DNA from: an uncultured virus (IMG/VR IMGVR_UViG_3300046170_000428)
Lineage: Duplodnaviria > Heunggongvirae > Uroviricota > Caudoviricetes
DNA length: 20,000 nucleotides
Virus record (IMG/VR): IMGVR_UViG_3300046170_000428
Reading direction: 5' to 3' (one strand)
The notes under the pieces are model-generated. The model ran no database searches. It saw only the letters and a program-made list of their open reading frames with translations, and was not told the origin of the DNA. Position numbers and translations under genes: made by a program. Shown here piece after piece: positions 15,790 through 20,000 of the stretch. Every line of letters begins with the position of its first letter. Position 1 is the first letter of the stretch.

Positions 15790-16097
15790 TTTCAACATTT
15801 GTGGGTGATCAAAAAGCATTTAACAGGGCTTGGTGTCCATTAATGTATAAACATCAAGAATGCCAGTTTTTTATTACTGCAGTACCAAACTTTGTATATC
15901 CTAAAGATTTAAATAATCTTCACATTAATAAAGTATTACATAATACTTCAAAAGATGGACCGATTCTTAAATGTCCAATCGAAATCATTCCTACATATCG
16001 TGGAATGATTGAACTACAATCTAAACCTACAAATTGGATTGGTAGGCCTGATGATTTAGGTCAACAACATTTTTACAAATTGGAGCAGATTCTTTGA
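15780..16097 (+). CDS. Hypothetical protein
   Basis: GAGG RBS; overlaps both neighbours. Confidence 0.6.
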   Translation: MVIISTFVGDQKAFNRAWCPLMYKHQECQFFITAVPNFVYPKDLNNLHINKVLHNTSKDGPILKCPIEIIPTYRGMIELQSKPTNWIGRPDDLGQQHFYKLEQIL

Positions 16098-17099
16098 GAA
16101 TATTAGTTGTCGGTGCCGGATTTAGTGGTGCAGTTATTGCTCATGAAATGCATAAAGCAGGACATGATGTGTTAGTCATTGATGAGAGAGATCATATTGG
16201 CGGTAATGCATATGACTACACAAATGAACACGGTATTCGAGTGCACAAATACGGTCCTCACTTATTTCATACAAATAATAAAAAAGTAAATGATTATATT
16301 ACTCAATTTGGTGAATGGGTACCATATCAACATAAAGCTAAAGCTATACTCAAAGATGGTACTTATGTGCCGTTTCCTGCTAATGCAAAAACTCGTGATG
16401 TCATTGGACCAGATAATATTATCGATGTACTATTCAGACCGTATACACGTAAAATGTGGGGTGTGGAACTTGAAGAATTAGATCCATCAATCATCAAAAG
16501 AGTACCAGTTAAAGAAGACGATTGTGAATTATACTTTCCAAATGACACATATCAAATGTTGCCAAAAGATGGATATACAGCAGTTTTTGAACAACTATTA
16601 GATGGTATTGAGGTTAAACTTAAAACAAAGTTTAATCCATGGATGGAAGATTCATTTGATCATATTTTTAATTCAATGCCAATTGACGTTTATTTTAAAC
16701 TACAGCGTGGGCCATTACCATATCGATCACTTAAATTTCACACAGTGACTTTACCCATGCCGAGAGCATTACCAGCAACAACAGTTCAATTTTACACATA
16801 ATGGTCCATATACTCGAATGACTGAATGGAAAAATATGCCAGAGCATGGTATAAATGATGAATATACAACAATCACATATGAAGAGCCGTGCGATTATAC
16901 ACAAAACAATCATGAAAGATATTATCCAGTCAAAGATATTAGTGGGCTAAATAGAAAAATATATGAAGAATATAAATCAATGGTTGGTGACAATATGACA
17001 TTTATTGGTCGATGTGGAATGTATGTCTATATTGATATGCATCAGGCAATCAACAGTGCACTTACAACCGCAGAGAAATTTTTGGAGAAAAACAAGTGA
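16094..17099 (+). pseudogene. glf: UDP-galactopyranose mutase, split by a +1 frameshift near 16785-16793 (true lesion or sequencing error)
   Basis: Motifs VVGAGFSG, HIGGNAYD, HKYGPHLFHT, YTRKMWG, LPYRSL, then RMTEWK, ERYYP, GRCGMYVYIDMHQAI. Removing one T restores FTHNGPYTRMTEW (~334 aa). Confidence 0.88.
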
Positions 17100-17962
17100 A
17101 AAATATAATTTATCAATATTGGCAAGGTGATCTAAAACCAGGTGTTGTGTATAGCACAAAGCTTATGAAAGAATATGCAGACAGGATTGGAGCTGAATAC
17201 AGATTCGATCATAATATTAACATTGCATCTAAATTTGTAAATGTGCCGATTTATTATGAGCCTGCAAATCCATTAGTTGATTCATCATTTGATGAGTATG
17301 ATAATGTTGCATTAGTGGACATTGATGTGTATCCGATAGATGGATTAACTGAAAACTTATTTCATCTTGATGGTGAAGATGCAGGTATTTGCACAGAACC
17401 AAAACAACCGTATTTTAGACAAATTTATAATGTTGCAGGTATTACAAATGAAAACGACCATCGATGGTGTAAATTATTAAAAAGAAAATTTGGTATTGAA
17501 TATTCTTTTGATCAGGAAAATCGTCCAATGGTATATAACACTGGTGTTGTGGTTATTTCAAAAGCAGGATTGCAGAAAATGAAGATGGATTGGCCATCAT
17601 TCCAGCAATATGTAAATGAAATGGATGGGTTTCCAAAGTTTTACAGACTGTTTCAAGACTATTTCTCTGCAATGATTCACATGCCTGACTTTAATTTCAA
17701 AGCAATGGATAATGGATGGAACTGTTATATGCATAAAGTAGGATCGCATCCAAATGCAACTATTGGCGATAATCGTGGAGCAAATCCTAAATTAGTACAT
17801 GTCATGTTTAGAACTGCAGATGATTGGCCAGAAGCTGCACTTAACGATGTGGTAAATAAACCAGTAGATTCATGGAAGTTGCCTGTACATAAAGGATGGC
17901 CAAATGATGAGGTCAAATCAAGTAACCCATTATTAAATGAATTAAATAGGATTAATACATGA
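17096..17962 (+). CDS. GT-A fold glycosyltransferase (GT8/GT34-like)
   Basis: GTG start after GGAG; YADRIGAEY, YDNVALVDID, YNTGVVV, QDYF, WN, LVH. Confidence 0.75.
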   Translation: MKNIIYQYWQGDLKPGVVYSTKLMKEYADRIGAEYRFDHNINIASKFVNVPIYYEPANPLVDSSFDEYDNVALVDIDVYPIDGLTENLFHLDGEDAGICTEPKQPYFRQIYNVAGITNENDHRWCKLLKRKFGIEYSFDQENRPMVYNTGVVVISKAGLQKMKMDWPSFQQYVNEMDGFPKFYRLFQDYFSAMIHMPDFNFKAMDNGWNCYMHKVGSHPNATIGDNRGANPKLVHVMFRTADDWPEAALNDVVNKPVDSWKLPVHKGWPNDEVKSSNPLLNELNRINT

Positions 17963-18528
17963 TTAACTCAAAATTAGATCATTGTAAAACAGTTGAAGAG
18001 TTTTATGAGTCAATTCGATTGCAGCAAGAACAAGCACATGGCGCAGACTACTGCAAAATGCACGATGCGATTAACGAATTAGCAAAAGATTGTACGTCAT
18101 ATAAAGAGCTTGGTGTGCATCAAGGTGGCACACTTGCAAATGCACTCTTACAGCCTACATTAAAATATGTAGAGGGTATCGATATTTCTCTTGAAAAGTA
18201 TAACGCATTTCTCAAACCACTTGCAGAAGCATATATAAAAGAAAATAAAAAAGTATTTAAGATGAGAGAATGTGATTCAACAGGTATTGAATCATTAGGT
18301 TTTTCAACAGACATTCTTATGATCGATAGCCTACATAAATCATTTCACATGCAAAAAGAATTAGATCGTCATGGGCAGTATGTAAAGAAATACATTGTTG
18401 CACATGATACACATATGCCAAATGATTCGCTTTATTGGTGTCTCACTGATTGGGGTGCAGATAATGGATGGAATTGCATTATCAGAAACAAAGAAAATGT
18501 AGGATTTACAGTATTGGAAAAGCGATGA
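17959..18528 (+). CDS. Class I SAM-dependent methyltransferase (Methyltransf_24-like)
   Basis: Motifs ELGVHQGGT, GID, DILMIDSLH, YIVAHDT. Confidence 0.75.
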   Translation: MINSKLDHCKTVEEFYESIRLQQEQAHGADYCKMHDAINELAKDCTSYKELGVHQGGTLANALLQPTLKYVEGIDISLEKYNAFLKPLAEAYIKENKKVFKMRECDSTGIESLGFSTDILMIDSLHKSFHMQKELDRHGQYVKKYIVAHDTHMPNDSLYWCLTDWGADNGWNCIIRNKENVGFTVLEKR

Positions 18529-19197
18529 ACATCATCTTGCAACATATGGATGGTGATTTACGTCCACTCGATAAGCTATCAATGCAAAACATGCAGCAAT
18601 ATGCACAAATGGTTGGTGCAGACTATGAACTTGTAACAGGGCAGACCATTTCGAAAGCATCTCACAGGCGCATGTCAAAAGGTTTACATGCTCGATGAGA
18701 AGTATGATGCATATGATCAGGTATTGATGGTTGACATCGACATGTTTGCACCAAAGGGAATGACAGAAAATGTGTTCGAGCTGCGAGGTGTAGGCCTATA
18801 TGCAGACACTCAGATCATGTTACACAAAAAGATTGCAAATCACAATCCCATGTTTGCATCAATCGCACATGCATATTGGGGTGGTGCGATATACAAGATG
18901 GATAAACAGCTGCGACAACGACTCAGACGACATTTTGGTGGCGATGAATCATGGATGTTGCCATATAATAAGGCATATCAGTTCGAAGATGAAGGTATCA
19001 TGCACACACTTGCGACACTATCAGGCATTCGACACACAAAAGAACAGTATCTTGATCGCAAATGGTGTCAATGTTCGTTCTTGCCAAATCCAGAAAAGGC
19101 AGGATTCATTCACATTCGCACAAAAATCACACCAACAGGTCCAAAACGTGAGAAAATAGACAACTATAATGCATTAGTTACAGAAGGAATACTATAA
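18525..19197 (+). pseudogene. GT-A glycosyltransferase paralogue, split by a +1 frameshift at GGG 18639-18641
   Basis: MNIILQH...YAQMVGADYELVTG; removing one G gives RPFRKHLTGACQKVYMLDEKYDAYDQVLMVDID (~223 aa). ATGA coupling at the start. Confidence 0.75.
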
Positions 19198-19198
19198 T

Positions 19199-19896
19199 AT
19201 GATTGATTGTTATGTCATATGCATTCAAGATGATCCAATCTCAGAAGCCGCTTGTGCGAGACTTGCCGACAGTATGCCGAGTAATGCAAATTTGCACAGC
19301 TTTGATGCAGTGACTCCAGAACGCGTTTTCGCGCGCGAGCGAAACGGTTGAACCTGGTATGGAATTATCCATGGTCAGGGGCTGAAATGGACGTAAAAAG
19401 CGGTCTTAAAAAGACTGCATATCCAACAGTTGTCAAAGAGAAGCGTGTTGCCTGCTTCTTGTCTCATTATGGCCTATGGGAATGGTGTCTTGAGACAAAT
19501 AAGTCAATCATCATACATGAGCATGATGCAGTATATCGTAGTCAGAAGCCATTACCAATCGAATCATTTGAGGAATCACCGTATGATATCATTGGATTGA
19601 ACAATCCATTTGGCGCAACAAGACGTGCAGGCGATTATGATCGTGTTGTACAAGAGTCAGCCGGTGATATTGTGAAAGCACCACGCATTGATGAGATATA
19701 CGTACCTCAGGGTCTTGCAGGTAACAGCGCATATTACATGAAGCCAACAGGTGCAAAGAAGATGATTGATTTGACAGCAGAGTATGGTATGTGGCCAAAT
19801 GATGCACTCATGTGTCGTCAACTCGTACCAACACTCGGACAGACAAAAACATACTATACATATGTACAAGGAACAGAGAGTACGACATCATTATGA
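19199..19896 (+). pseudogene. Glycosyltransferase family 25, split by a frameshift at the (CG)4 tract 19330-19337
   Basis: MIDCYVICI...FDAVTP, then ACFLSHYGLW, IIIHEHDA, GNSAYYMKP.GA, PND. Removing one CG unit gives VFARAKRLNLVW (~231 aa). Confidence 0.75.
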
Positions 19897-20000
19897 GAGC
19901 ATTTGTGATAACAATTCAACACAATGAGAAGAGTGTTGCAGCGGCCAAACGTTGTATCGAATCAGGTAAGAAGTTCAATCAACATGTCGAAATGTGGAAG
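19893..20000 (+). CDS. Probable second GT25 glycosyltransferase, 5' part (runs off window)
   Basis: ATGA coupling; MRAFVITIQHNEKSVAAAKRCIESG resembles the N-terminus of the preceding GT25. Confidence 0.6.
   Translation, partial: MRAFVITIQHNEKSVAAAKRCIESGKKFNQHVEMWK

Noticed and set aside
16799..16801. Stop-codon readthrough or alternative genetic code in glf
   Set aside because: The continuation is in a different frame (+1), and TAA, TAG and TGA all act as normal stops elsewhere in the window.
541..19869. Minus-strand ORFs and nested alternative-frame + ORFs from the ORF track (e.g. 5333-5740, 6622-7011, 8495-8749, 9655-9948, 18800-19159)
   Set aside because: They are shadows of well-supported + strand genes with no recognisable motifs.

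Overview
A 20 kb segment of an AT-rich, T4-like myovirus genome, probably marine, with all genes tightly packed on the + strand. In order: (1) 1-5.8 kb: conserved T4-like hypothetical and putative virion-internal proteins, an overlapping i-/o-spanin pair, a DUF1353-like membrane protein, a SPASM/twitch radical SAM protein and an SNase-like nuclease. (2) 5.9-12.2 kb: nucleotide and DNA metabolism (monomeric B12-dependent class II RNR, two small Cys-rich proteins, GIY-YIG-like nuclease, DenV-like glycosylase, PhoH, PD-(D/E)XK exonuclease). (3) 12.2-14.4 kb: a promoter-rich accessory region with an unexplained, GC-richer structured ~240-nt unit, small membrane proteins, a HAD nucleotidase and an EF-hand membrane protein. 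(4) 14.4-20 kb: a glycan-modification island (three paralogous GT-A glycosyltransferases, two methyltransferases, UDP-galactopyranose mutase, two GT25 enzymes) with three frameshifts. Five copies of a TGTACA-N17-TATAAT promoter were found by eye; two have phased IHF-consensus sites upstream and one lies inside an RBS-sequestering hairpin. All family calls come from motif recognition, not database searches.
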